Shown piece by piece: positions 37,875-51,619 of a stretch of DNA of 64,000 nt (the first letter of the stretch is position 1; each line of letters begins with the position of its first letter). The notes under the pieces were generated by a model. It was not told the origin of the DNA. It worked only from the letters and a program-made list of their open reading frames with translations, and ran no database searches. Both the position numbers and the translations under genes were made by a program. Source of the DNA: Isurus oxyrinchus (taxonomy: Eukaryota); contig JANJGN010000064.1 of the NCBI GenBank assembly GCA_026770705.1, positions 1,922,001 through 1,986,000 of the forward strand. The letters are read 5' to 3'.

Positions 37875-39696
37875 AGTGCATTTTACAAAACAGCTAACAT
37901 TTCAGATTGCATTTGTCGATGAAGGACAATTGCATTCACCCTATTAATAGCCGCCGCACGTGGAAGCAGATTTCTATCATGTAATAAGGGGCCTTACACG
38001 TGTCAGGCGAAGCTGATAACATCGACACGAAGTAAACACCCATATTTTTGGTCTCAGCTCGAAGAAAATGTTAAGAGAGGCAGAAATGCTGAATCCACTG
38101 CATTCACTTCAACAAATGTGGCAACGTTCAAAGCCTTACAAGTCTCAAAGGGAAAAATGTACATTACATGTTTACACTGCGATGTCTAGAGGGATTTCCA
38201 CGTTTTTTCACACAGTACCAGTGAAGGTAACGTGGTCGTGTGTCTGGAAATTGTGGTCAAAGGAGCCTTGGCGAGTTGTTGAACTGTGGCTTGCACACGG
38301 TACACACTGCTGCCAAATTTCTGACACTGGATGGCATCAAACTCTTTAAATACTGTTGGTACTGCACTCAGGCCCATGTATTCAATGTGGTAACTGGCAA
38401 CGAGAGGAGATACGTTTTGCTTCTGACTGTGAGAAAATCAATGCGCTTAGAAGAAAGTTCACGGCATTTAGCAACTGTGCTGGAAAACAGCATTTCTGAC
38501 GGGAGCTCATTGGTCTGAATCCTTATACTCATAGTTGCCTCTACCTAGATAGTTCTGGACCAGCAGGGTGTTTCCAGAGTTTTCATAATTGCCAGTTTGT
38601 CTTTTGGTTAATGCTCGTGTAATATTACCCTGGCATTAAAAAAAAAATAAATAAAAATGCTGATTGAGAGATGGTACATTCACTTCAAATCTTTGCATTG
38701 ATGGTTCAGGATAGTAACATTTATAACCACCACGTGGGAGAGGCGAATTGCTGCTCCATTTCACTAAACCTCTCAGCTAAGGACAGCCCCCTCATCCTGG
38801 GGACCAATCAGGGGACATTCACTGTGACATCCCCATGCAATTGGATATTTCTTTTAACATAAATATCAAAAGTGCAAATATTATTAAAGTTATAGTGCCA
38901 CCAAAGCCTGTGATATTTTAGCAAGACGTATTTATTCTTGTGCTACAATCCCCTTGCAACGCAGGCTAAGATACAATTTTCCTTCAAATAAACAAACTGT
39001 TTTTCTAATGGATGCACAGTAGCCATCCAAAAGCAAAATAAAGGAACAGTGGAATAAACACGACGAAGCCAAGTCAGCAAAGGGATAAAAGGGAACAAGA
39101 TGAAGGCGGATATTTTGAACTAAAACTGCTGAGTTCAGAAGGCTCTGGTGTGCTGAGCCGAAAGATGATCCTCTTTTCCTCAAGCTTTGCTTTTGGTGAG
39201 GCAATTTTGCCCCTAGCTTCTGTTCTGACATTCAGTGATGTCGTGGCCAATGGAGAAGCAAATTGTTTTTGCTACGTACATCAATTGTTTTGTGTTCTAG
39301 ATCACAGATTTAAAGTGAAACCACCAATCACCGTGTACATAAGGGAGCACTGAACTTCCAACATCCTTGCTGTGTGGAAATGTTTCCTCGTTTCAATGTT
39401 GAAATTTACTTATTTTTAAAACAATTGTTCTTAGTCTCAGATTCCAATCTCGCGGAAGAGTTTTTTCAACTGGCAATATCTCTGCAGTGTGTCCTGTTAC
39501 ATGAATAAATTAAAAAAAAGCTTGTATGCTGGTCCAGCAAAAGTTTAGGAAGACAATGAAATGAAGGCACTTATTGAGAAAGACTGGAATCTAAATGCAA
39601 TGAAGTTTTACTACATCTATACAGGAGCTTGCAGAGGATGCATCTGGAATCTGTTTACTGTTTTGGCCTCAGTGTTTGAAAACCAACATGGCAACT

Positions 39697-40597
39697 CGTC
39701 ATGAAGCATTAATAATTTTCAAAGGTTTATTTAAGGCTCATGTGTGTGAGTGTGGATAATACTGTACGTGTGAGTGAATAAATTGAATTGGAGTCAGATA
39801 AATAGCAAGGTTCAAATTATAAACGGATATTTGAAATGCTAATGAGCAAACATGGACGAGGGCACGATGAAGGAAACTTGCATTTTAAGATAAGTGGAAA
39901 GTTGGATGCTTTCAAATGGATGGCAGGATGTTTACAACTAACAAGAAAGACAGGGCAAAGTTATTATGTACATTTTTTTCCGAAAAAAAGAGGCCATATT
40001 GTCTACATGAAAGATTTTTATATTATGCGAAAACTAAATTTCCTAAGGTGTATAGAGCAAAGTAATTTACAGAATAAAGAGTGGGAAAACGCATAAAAAT
40101 AGAGATGAAATACTATATAGTGGACGTAGCTGCGTGCGATTGCAAGGTACATGATGTGAAGAAGCCGTTGGGGAAATGATTCCAACCATTTTAACAGAAG
40201 CCTGCTGTGTCCATTAAAAAAAATAGTTGGATTATAAGCCTTTGGAAAACCATAGTCGTGTAATAGGAGTGCTAACCTTGCTCGGTTGATTTTGCTCTGC
40301 AGTCTAGAGGGGGAGTGCAGTACGCAGCCAGTTTAACTAAGTATTGTGGTAACTGCTAAGACTAAGTAACCATGTAACTTTAATCTTGTGTGTGTTTATT
40401 GTTTCTTTTTTTCTTTTGTTAGTAAACGTTTCAATTTAATTTTGAAACCTCTAAAGCTGAGTTGGATCAATTCCTCTGAATTCAGTGCATAAGTCTTCAC
40501 ATAATAAACACAAATTGCAAAACGGTTGTGACATATTGGCCAGGTTTCCCTTGTGCATTTCGTCCACCTGGCACATATCACATGCCATATCGTAACA
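39697..40597. mobile_element. probable solo LTR inserted into a CR1
   Basis: ~900 bp starting cGTCATG and ending GTAACA. The CR1 sequence at ~39540-39695 resumes at ~40600-41150. Confidence 0.55.
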
Positions 40598-41859
40598 AAT
40601 GTATAGGAAACATTTCAGAGAAAGTTAACTCAATTCATTCCGAGGAGGAAGGGTTTAATTTATTAAGACAGTTTGGGTCTGCATCCATTGGAGTTCAGAA
40701 GAAATCGGAATGATATTAACGAATCACATGCGATCCCATGGAGACTTCTATTGGGTGGAGCCTAGAAGTAGGGCCAGAGATGAAAATGAAAGGTATCCAT
40801 TTTTAGGAAGTGATGATTTTTATTTCTGCCAGAGGGGAGTTGATCAGTAGAATTCTGCAATCCTCCTCTCTCCCCGGTCCACAAACACCCACTTCACCGC
40901 TCCCAAATGTTCACAGCTCTGCCCACCCCCCAAAACCCCTCCCCGAAAATTAGAACAGGTTGCGAATTGACTTTATTCCAGGCTGAGTTGGATAGATTTT
41001 TGATAGTCAATGGTTTTGAAGGACAGACAGGCCAGCGGAGTTGAGACTGCAATCAGATCAGCCATGATATTCTCGAATAGCAGAGAAAGGTCGAAGGGCT
41101 GATGGGCATACACCTGATCTTAGGTCTTTTTTTCCTATGTTCCTGTGTCTCCCTAAACAATTCAAAACCTGGTTCAAATTTCTGTTTCATTACGCGGGAG
41201 GACTTTGTTAAATGGGCAGCAAGTGTCTTAAATGAAGGGATTGAGATTCAGTTTAAAGTTTGGAATTGAGGACAATGTAGCGGGAGTTCAAGAGATTAAA
41301 AAAGCCCCAAAGGGCAGACTAAAGAAATAGTCGTGAGGATGAAAATCGAGGAATCGAGTTCAAATCCACTTCTGCCAAGGAGCTGCAGATTAGCCCATTG
41401 ACCAGAAAATAAAAGTTAAAGACAATCATGCTGTTTACTTACTCCTTAATAACATTCGTTTCAACCAAGCCGTGGTAGTGGAATGCCGATTGGTCACGCA
41501 TTGGTCATTGGTGTGAATGGTGATATTATCTGATAATTGCAGGCTCGAGGCCTCTTCTGGTTATATTACAGATTAATTTGGTCCAACTGAATGACACCAA
41601 CCCGTATTAATGCTTATTAGCCAAAGTTCCTGCTTTTCCTCCCAAGCATTACCTAGTTCTTTGAAGACATGCTTTTCAAACTGCTTTCGGTGTTTGCTGA
41701 ACACTCATTTTTACATGTTGTTCACTTTCCATTAAAACCACTTTGAACAAGTGATCTGGATCAATTATTTGTGTTTCGAAATGTTGTGTTGATTTATTCA
41801 AATCAATGCATTTTCAAGTTAGGGAGCTGACGGAAGTTGATAATCATTTAAATCATGGA

Positions 41860-41942
41860 GGCTGCGAGCTGTGTTTGAACGTTCACACCGGAGTCATGTA
41901 CAACACTCATGTACAACAGCTTAACCACTTGGTCACCGCAGC
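41860..41942 (-). pseudogene. tRNA-Ser (CGA/TGA-type) pseudogene
   Basis: Minus strand GCTGCGGTGACCAAGTGGTTAAGCTGTTG...GTTCAAACACAGCTCGCAGC. The anticodon region is replaced by a TCATGTACAACA tandem duplication. Confidence 0.65.
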
Positions 41943-42559
41943 TGCCTAATGCAGCCTTGTTACATGCATTATATGGTCATTACAAACCATCAGGCAATTA
42001 TCCCGAATCATTCATGCATTTCCATCATGTCTTGAGCAGTTTCTAATCTCCCAGTCCATATAGAAATGGTACTCGCAGTATCATATAACTCCACTGTTCA
42101 GAAAGAGACCTGTCAGCCGCTCCAGTCTGTGCCAAATATTGGAAAGCGTTCTCATATTTGTTGCACATTTCAGCTAGCCCCCATTATCCTCTTTGAGTCC
42201 ATGATGAAGCTGATTCCAAAATACTTTCAGTTAGAAATGCAATCTGTAATTAACCAAAAATGGTAGAGTTTCTCATAATGTCACTGCACTCCTGTTGAAA
42301 CAAACAGAGCGAATGGTTCAGCCGATGATTTCTGATCAAAACTGGAGAAAGGTATAACTATAGCAGCTGTGAAGTACAAAACCGAAGGTCTGCGAGGTTA
42401 GTGGGCAAGAAACAAATAGTTCCATAGTTCAAAGGCCAAAGGGAATTGTAATGGTTATAATGAAAAAATAGAAAATATGTCTCCGCTCACATGGCCAGAC
42501 TGGCTGGGTGATATCAATAAAGGCTAAATCGAGTGGCCTCCTTTATTCACGGAAGTTTG

Positions 42560-42950
42560 CTTGCAGTTGCTGGGCTGAGAAGGGCAGGTCAATTGTTGGC
42601 CTCCCGGTTCTGAAACCACACCTGGATGTAACGACAATCTGCAGTCCGACAAGTGCAATTTGAGGAAATTATTGCTCACGGTCACAATATTTGCATTGTG
42701 CATTTCTTTGGGCATTGCCTCCTCCATCTATCAGAGACACAGAGTTTCTTGCAGCAGCTGCAGAAATGTCAATTTTCTCGGTTTGTTGAGTTCAGGCGGG
42801 CTTGTATCAAGACCTGGACTTTTGTCCATAATAAATGAGTGAATTCCTTTGCTAAATTCATCCACTATGGGTTGGAAATTCAGCTCTAACAAGACAGGAG
42901 GCCTTTCTATGGTGTCCAGATTTTCCTCGTAACAATGGTTCCCCAAAAAT
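42560..42950 (-). mobile_element. non-LTR retrotransposon fragment (RTE-like)
   Basis: LDTIERPPVLLELNFQPIVDEFSKGIHSF..KSPGLD..MPKEMHNANIVTV, the RT N-terminal region. Confidence 0.6.
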
Positions 42951-44492
42951 CCAACTCAAGGTCATGTTCCACCGCCTCTCCAACAGTCAACTGCAGTCAG
43001 AGATGACTTCCCAAAGATTTGTTTTCAGTTGATTTAAGATTTATGTTTTTCTGATGGCCCTGTTCCTTTTCTGATTCCTCCATACCCGCATTCCCACCAC
43101 CCACGACATCCTTGTCGAAGGGCAGCTCAATATTGCACGGAGTTGTAACCGTTCAGCAAAGTATTGACATTAACTTCATTAGTCGCTTTGGCATTCCTAG
43201 TTGATGAGCCTGCACACTGACTGTCTGGGTCCCAACCTGCTCTCCGTTCCTCTGAATCTACAGCCTGAGGTTGTGACGGTTCAATTTCCATGTCCCCTGC
43301 AAAGCGGCACAGCTGAGCGCTTGTTGATGGAAAGCCTTAGCAATGCCAGGGGGAGATTTATACATTTGCCTTTCTTTTTCGCATTCCTATCAACCATCAA
43401 TGTGGACTGAAAATGAGAAACAATGCAGCGATCAAAAGCAGAAAGCATGCTAACTCACTTAATCCACATTTCAGAACGTGACATCAGCCTGTTGTACGCA
43501 GGCGTTTCAATTATAGTGAGAGAGGGAAAAAAAAGAGACAGGCGTACAATGAACCTACATCTATGTTTAAGAAACAGGTTAATTAATGTGTCACAAGTAA
43601 TTAATGGAAATTCTCTGTGCTTGCACATATAGAACTGGAGTATACCATCGCACTGTGTAGAACAATATTTTTGTGAATAGTGTAGAAGTGGAATTAGTAA
43701 AGGCATAGTATTTCTGAAGACGCTGGCCAATTGTAGTAATTTTACCTGCATGATGCTGATCGGAAAACAGCATTTCAAAATCCCTAGGTATCCCACTACA
43801 ATTTGTAAAGATTCCCGCCAGCTGTGATAGTATTTATGTATCCCTTTCAAGTTATGCGGATCCTGTGTATCAGTGCCCAGCTGCCTTTGACCTGTGTAAG
43901 CCTGCCCAGAGACACTATTTCCTCGGTATACCCGTCAGTATTGTAACGTGTTGAACTTGTCCATGAACTTCACCTTCTGGGGATATCATTGTAAGATATA
44001 TGTGGTTATGGAACGTGCAAAAATCTATCCAAAATTTTCCCTGCTCACATTATTGGAATGGGACTTCCCGGAAGGGGAGGGCAGCCGCTTTCCATCTAAA
44101 TGCATCCGGAAAAAAGAGATCTCATATCGAGAATTAAGGGAACGGAATTCGGAAGTTCATTCAAAGGTCTGAAAACAATGGTTACTTTTCCCCCGTGCAA
44201 CTTGTATGGTGTAGAGCGATGGAATGTTTGTTGGAGTGAGTGCAGATGAGTCAGCATTTCACTGCCTCTCTCTGAACACTTTCTTTGACGCGAGGACACA
44301 AGTTTTTTCTTCTAACCAGTATATTAGGTGTTTACATCTTGTGGAATTTATCAATGCTCATGACACGTGAAATATTCTTTCTCACTTGACAAACATTTTG
44401 CTTCCACATGCAACGGCTTTACATGGTGTCAACGGAATTGACGTTCAACGGCAAATATGATCGAACAGTTAACGTTTATTGTAAAATGCAAC

Positions 44493-44550
44493 TTCCTGAT
44501 CGGGCCTTGGCGCTCAAAGCGCCCAATCCTAACGACGAGATTATAAGGAA
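44493..44550 (-). pseudogene. tRNA-Glu pseudogene lacking the T-arm
   Basis: TTCCTGATCGGG|CCTTGGCGCTCAAAGCGCCCAATCCTAACGACGAGA is reverse-complemented tRNA-Glu with a deletion between two CGGG copies. Flanks are inverted paralogs of those of the 37817 copy. Confidence 0.7.
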
Positions 44551-45819
44551 ATTGTTCTGAAACTTCAACGATCATTGCAAATATAACTGAAACTACCAAA
44601 GCTCATCTTGATATCCTATTGGTTTTGTGTGTTAGATTTCATGGCTCTGCTGTTTATAGTTCCACTTAGATGGCTCTCTATTGTCTGTTATTTTGTTCTC
44701 CTGAATCTGACTTCATTTGGATTTTTTTCCTGCCCTTTTATTCGCCCCTTAAGTTTCAATATCCTCAAAACAGAAATACACAGAGAAATAGCACTCATGT
44801 ACACACACATTTCCCGAATAATACACTGATAGCTCCACAATCTGTTTGCATATGACAATATTATTCATAAATATAAGCAAGTCCAAACGGATGTTATCCA
44901 GGCCGGAACCACCACAGCAGCTGTGATGAAAGCGTTATAAAGATGTCAGTTTTTGTTTTTATTTAGAAATGTGAAGAGAACCCTTTTATATATTCTATAA
45001 CAATCTGTATTCAATGTCTCATTTGGATTTGAGAGGGTTCCAATTTTTAAAAAGGTTACTTCCCTCCTCGAATTGTGCATAGAGGACACAGGGAGTGAAA
45101 GGGAACATTAGTGAACAGTTAGAGCAGAGCCCGTCAATAAAAATGTAGGAGTAACACAAAGAGCAGGTATTGCTCACACCAGGTGGCAAACTGGGGCAAT
45201 GTTTTCAAACTGGTGAGAAACAGGGAGAATGGAGCAGGGAAGCAAAGGGAAATTGGTTTCCAAGTAAAAAATTCATTAAATATTGTTATATAAATAGGAA
45301 AAATAATTCCAAAATCCCAATTTCTAAACGGAAAGGTATTAACCATGGCTCCTAATAATGATTTAACAACTCTGTCGAATTTTGTGCAACAATCTAGTCC
45401 CGCCGCTGCTCCATGCAGACACACAATACCGCCAGTGCTAAAAAAAATCAAAATCACGTAGCCCATTTTATACCCAAGTTAAGTGTGTGTTTTTTTCATT
45501 ACTGTGTTTTTTTTTTTCATTATTGAGCTGTGGGCGTCGCTGGCTAGGCAAGCATTTATTGCACATCGCTAATTGACCTAGAGAACTTGGTGTTATGCTC
45601 TCGACTTGAATCGCAACAGCCCATGTAGTGTCAGCACACCCAGAGTACTGTGAGGGAGCACGTTCCAGGATGTTGAGATCAGCTTCTTTCTCATTCTTCT
45701 GGGCAGCCTTTGTTGTAAGGGACTTGAAATAAATGAATGTGTCTTTATGGTGTGCCTACCTAAAGGAGGAAAATCTCCCGGTAGAGTTGATATAAAGAAG
45801 GTTCCTTGGACTCATGCAA

Positions 45820-47120
45820 AAGCAAGACTCAGCATGGTTTTGTGAAAGGGAAATCATGCTTAACCAATTTATCAAAGTTCATTGAAGGAAAAGCATGTCT
45901 CGTGGTTGAAGAGGAGGCTTTAGATATACTGCACATGGATTTCCAAAAAGCTTTTGATAAGGTGCCAAATCAAAGGTTATTGAAGAAAATAAATGCTCAT
46001 GGTATAGAGGGTAACATATTGGCATGGAGAGAGGGCTGACTGTTTGACAAAAAGCAGAGAGAATACATAAATGGTCCTTTGTACTATTGGCAGGATGTGA
46101 CGATCGGACGACTGCAGGGATATATGCTGGGGCCTCAAATTTTTACCGTATGCATCAATGACTTTGAAGAGAGGTGTAAACTCAGAGTAGTTAATTTGCA
46201 GTTGGTACAAAGAGAGGTAAGAACGTTGTGAAGAAGACGAAAGGAATTTGCAGATGGAAATAAATCGGTTGAGTGAGTGGACAAACACATGGCAGGTGAT
46301 TATAATGTTGGATTTAAAGTTGTTCATTTTGGCAAGGGAGAGTTTAAAAAAATCATATTTTTACTTAAACGGCGGACCAGTGCAGAATTCCAAGGTGGAG
46401 AGGGATCTAAGTGTCCTCGTCCATGAGTCACCAACAGTTAGTGTGCAGGCACAGCACGTAATGCAGAATGTTAACGGAATGTTATGCTTTATTATGAAAG
46501 GGATTGAATATAAATGTAAGATTTTACACTTCAGTTCTACCGAGTACTAATGCCACTACACCTCGAATATTGCGTGCAGGTTATTGTCTCTTTACTTAGT
46601 GAGTGATATAAGTCTGTTGGAGGCTGTTCAGAGGAAGGTTCCCAAGATTGATACCTTCAATGAACGAGTTGCATTACGAGGATAGATTGGACAGGCTGCG
46701 CTTCTTTCCATTGTAGTTTAGAAGAATAAGGAATGAGTTGATTTAAGTATAAAAAAATACTTAATGGTCTTGCCACGGTTGACGTGAAAAGGATATTTCA
46801 TCTAGTGAGTGAATCTAGGACTTGGGGCCAATGTTTAAAGATTATGAGTCTTGCTTGTAGGGCAAATGTGTGATTTTTTTTCTGTCTCAGACGGTTTTGC
46901 GACATTTGAACTCTATGCCTCAGATAGCAGTGGAGGAGGTGTAATTTAATATTTTCAAGATAGAGTAGTTGGGTTCGTGTGATCCAAGGGATTCAAAGTT
47001 TTACGGGGTAGATGGGAATATGGAACTCGAAAGACAAAAAAATCAACCATGATCTTGGTCATAGGAGGAATGGCCTCAAGGCACCAATTTACCAACTTCT
47101 GCTCCTATTTCATATGTTCG
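45820..47120 (+). mobile_element. CR1 LINE RT to 3' tail
   Basis: QHGFVKGKSCLTNL..MDFQKAFDKVP..ERDLSVLVHES, followed by the tail. Confidence 0.88.
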
Positions 47121-48773
47121 TAGTTACTGCAGATAGAGGAAAACTGAAGTAAAGGTTGAAAATTCCTGTTTTGCTATGCAGAAAACACAGCATCCTTGGG
47201 GAGAAACAATGTTAATCTTTCAGGTTGGTAACACGAAGCTGCTGCCTGAACTAAAGCCAACATTTCCTAAAGGTCGAACTGCACTTGTTAAAATGATAGC
47301 TTTTTTCCCTCGATCCAGTCCTGGATTCAGAGGACAAATTAAGTAAAATGCGTCTATTATCTCTGGAGTTTAGTATAATGAGTGATGAGGAGAAATGACG
47401 TCATAAAAATGTTTGTGAATACTTGAAGTTATCTGCTCCAGAGGATTAAGAGAACCCAATATATTCAAAGCTGAGACTCATAGATTATTGAATTCTGTGG
47501 GGATCAGGGAATTTGAGAATGGTCCTGGGTGCATTCATCAGCCCAACTGGATTATGTTTTTTTATTACACAGAAAGACCAAGGAGAGGGAAATAGAGAGA
47601 CAGACAGACAATCAAAGCTTGTCTAATAGAGAATGAAGGACAGACATACGTGTCACAATTCCAACTCTTCATTAGTTGAATGTGACAAAGAAAAATACTT
47701 CCAGAGAAACAGTCAACCACCAAGCAAAGAGTTCGGAATGTAAGACGCACACATAAAAATAACATGTTAAAAATAGAAAAATTTCAAGATGAGGAATTAA
47801 GAAATGAAACTGTGAACTTTGGGAGGACCGATGTAGAAAGTCTCTACAATGCAAATGCGAGATTTTTGTAAAGTATGGATGGGCAGAGAGACACTTATGT
47901 CCATATGCACAAAATTCATAATATCGCTCGAAAAAACATATTGGTATTGGGGTTGATAAATTGGCAAATAATTTAAAGCACCAAGACCATGATAGAACTT
48001 TTACACCTGCAGTTCCACATTAATAAGAAATCTTGTGGTTAATGATGTGCACCACTCTTCAGCAAGGTATTAGAATGGGGGCAGAGGACGCTTACTGAGA
48101 GGTTCTGAATGATGAACTAGTTCAATTATAAGGCAGTGTTGAGCAAGTTCGAGCGGTTTTACTTCGGAAGTAGATTATTAGAAAATCACAGAATAGTATT
48201 TCCCTGATTATGCGAGGAGTGGGGAGGCTAAACAGGGAAAGTAATCCCTCAGTGAGTGCACGAATAACTAAGGGGTGGAATCAAATTAATTGGTGGAAAG
48301 ACATAGAGAGGAAGGGAGCAGAAAAATTTCCACTCAGAGTTGGTGGGACCTCTAAACCTGTCTGAAAAGTTGGTAGAAGATAATTTCATCAATAATTTTA
48401 CAAGGAAATTGGAAACGTGTTTGAAGATGAGCTTCTTAAAAAAGCACAACAAAGAAAAAGAACAACGCTGGATCAAAAAACAAAAAGACACACATAGACA
48501 CAAGTATGAATGCACACATGATTATTACTCCGGACATAGTGAGTCATATATAATTAGACAAAAAGTAACTCAGACTGAGTGAGAGAGGGCCAAATAGAAG
48601 GGATTCATGAATTTAGCTAATATTTGCTGTTTTCATGGCAGAATCTTCGCGGACACGCGCAGATGAAAGAGAATGAGAAAAGCGACTTCTATTGTTGAAA
48701 GGTGTGGGATAACATTCCGCTTAAGACATGATTCCTTGGCCAAATTTTGAAACTGAGCAAGTTAGCGATGGTG

Positions 48774-48854
48774 TGTAGTGGGCCGGAGTCGAATCTGCGC
48801 AAGGACATCTTAAACGATTTTTAATCCATCACTTTAGCACTCGGCCATAACTAC
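48774..48854 (-). pseudogene. tRNA-Ser pseudogene
   Basis: Minus strand GTAGTTATGGCCGAGTGCTAAAGTGATGGATT...GCGCAGATTCGACTCCGGCCCACTACA. Flanks are paralogous to those of the 37299 copy. Confidence 0.75.
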
Positions 48855-50619
48855 ACAGATTGGCAGCAAGTAAACCACACTGATCTCCGCTCAAAACAAC
48901 TCTTAGAAAGCGTCCCTGTCGTGTGATTTGTACTATTGTGCTGAACATAAATGTTTCTCATCATTCTGTTGGTAACAGATCTGTATTTTCCTCACTTGGC
49001 ATGATTCTGGTTTAATGAGGAAATATTTCTTCCTGCCTGTTTATTTTCTTTCCCCAATGATTCCTAAATATATTTGCGCACAACACAGATAGACACAAAG
49101 GAATGGAGAGGTAACAAAGTTACACATACATTTATTCAGAACTAGCACATCGATATATGCAAAATCCATTTGCAAACATCACAATTTTGAATATAAATAT
49201 TTGTATATTGAGAACCTGCTGAAAACAAATCCCGAAATGCGACAATAACTTTGTTAAAAGCACAATAGCAAAGAAATGACTTTCAAACATAATCCATTTA
49301 TGTTCTACGATCATCTTCCCTATTCATTGTGCAATTTAGATTTGCGAAACCACCAAGAAAAGTGCTTGTGGATTCCATAAAACGGATCGACATAGACTGC
49401 TTCCTCGGGCTGTGTTTGTTGCAGAACAAAGGATGTAGAATAGGAATGCAATAAGCAGCAGAAACAGAGCCAGTCAGTAAGGTCATGGAGAGTTCAAAAA
49501 GAACATGTAGTTCAGGCAGCTGTTGAACAATGAGTGTACTTCCTTTGTGGTGAGAAACAAGGGGCTGTAGAAAAGCGAAGGGATTTTGATCTCCAGGTAA
49601 AGGCCTCACAAACTGCCAGTGCACATGTAAAAAAAAAATCCTTTTAATCTCAACTTCCAGGCTGTCATACAGGGGTTAGCACTCATTACACTCGATTTTT
49701 GGACAACTGTCTTGAATTTTCTGCTACAAATAGAATAAAGATCCATGTAACTAACGGAGTGGCATAAAACCTTCAAATGAGTTTTCCAATGTAATGTTTT
49801 GGATTGTATCCAAGTAGTTTGCGGTAGACATTGTTGTTCACCTCTGCTGTCACTTGAAATTCATTAGGACTTCTTTATCTGGGATGGCGCTGTACGACAG
49901 GGTAACTGAGATATTTCAGGAAGATGCAATTGAGGCAGAATACCAGCCACAAGTCGTGAATATTTTGAGAAGCTGTGAAATCCATCATACACCAAATCCC
50001 ATTTTTCATGTTCTTACAGGCACCAGTCATAGGAAACTTCAGGATAACTTTGGCCTTGGAGTGGAAACAGTGCTGATTCACCAGTGGAATTCCGGAGTTC
50101 AGTCAGTTACTTTAGTAGTTCAGGTTTGATAATCCTACAACGGTGTAATCATAGAATGGATACATCACAAAAGGAAGTCATTCATTCCGTCATGTCTGTC
50201 CTGGTTCCGTGAAGGAGAAATTCACCTATTGTACATACCCCACCATCTCCCGCATTTTTTTTATATTTTCAGGGCTACTCCCTGTTTCTATCCTCTTGAG
50301 AAAAGAAGAATGAAGGGTAATCTGATCGAGGTTTCTCTTCCGTTTAAGCCTGTTGTTAGGTTAAATTGATTAGCTGCTTTCCCCGGCTGGAGGTATGCGG
50401 TTGAATCATCTCGTATTGTTGCTGCTGATTCACAACGATAAATTCAGATTAATTGTTAAAAGTTGATGGAATCAACGATAATTTCGTTAATTTAATGGGG
50501 TTTTTTGCAAGTGGGAGAAGCATATTTGTCTCTTCTGCTCTGATGAAGAACTCTGCATTCCTGACTATTTTACACACTGTTTTGTCACAGGGGGGAAATC
50601 ACCTGCAGACAAAAGGCAG

Positions 50620-50690
50620 CGCTGATACGTACTCGAACCATAGCCCCGCAGATAAAATTTCTTAATTGTTACCGATTGATATATCCAGCT
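50620..50690 (-). pseudogene. degraded tRNA-Lys(TTT)-like pseudogene
   Basis: Minus strand GCTGGATATATCAATCGGTA..AGAAATTTTATCTGCGGGGCTATGGTTCGAGT versus GCCCGGATAGCTCAGTCGGTA..AGACTTTTAATCTGAGGGTCCAGGGTTCAAGT. Confidence 0.55.
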
Positions 50691-51619
50691 GGATTGTGCA
50701 TGTTTCCAATAGCTCCCTTTGTAACCTGATTTTAGGTTGTGAAACCACTTTTTGCTGAGATTGCTTGTTTGGCAATTCACCCCTCACAGCGCATTTCCCC
50801 CACAGGCAGACCAGCGTCCATGCTCTGGCTTCATTTAACAAATCTTCTAAATTGCACCAACTACCCGCTCCTTACACTTGTCATGTAATGTGACAACTGT
50901 TGTTACCCAGCTATCTGTACTGAACCTTCAACATTTTGAAGATTGTGTTGATTTCGGTGAGATGTTGCATAAATCTGAGAAGAAAACTCCAAACTCACAG
51001 AGTTGGATCTTGCAATTGGGTAAACAATTGCATATGGTGTTTGTTCTGGGCAAGTGTGATATTAACCCCTTTAAAGCAAAACAGCTCATTGGGAGTAACG
51101 TTCAAATTTGTGAGAAACGTTCAATTTGTTCTACCTCAACAAACTCCAACGCTTCAACTGGCACAGAATTTATCCCCTAGTTCCCATTGGCTGCAATTAT
51201 AGTCGGGTTGTTTAATACCATACTCGGTCAAATTCTGTCTTGATATAAAAAGCAGTCTATCTCACTTCACCCAGGGAACATCAGTGGTGACAAGTAAATT
51301 TTCGGCCGACCTGTGCAAAGCTCCGAATGAGCCCTCACTGCTCTTTCCTGCCCAATGTGCATTATCAAAAGGTCATTTAATCCTACCTCACAACTGTCGA
51401 CGGCAATAATTCAAATTTATCACTACGCATGAAACTCCCAAGGAAACAAAGTACCTTTCTGGCTTCTTTATGAGAGCACGTGATTTTAAATGCTACTTCT
51501 GGAGCTCATTAGTTTAATTAAAAGCCATGTGTTAACTAATTGGATACAGAGGAACGATGGAGACAAGAAATCAGGGTAACCTATTTACCAGATAAACTCC
51601 TAAGCTAATTAAACTTTAA

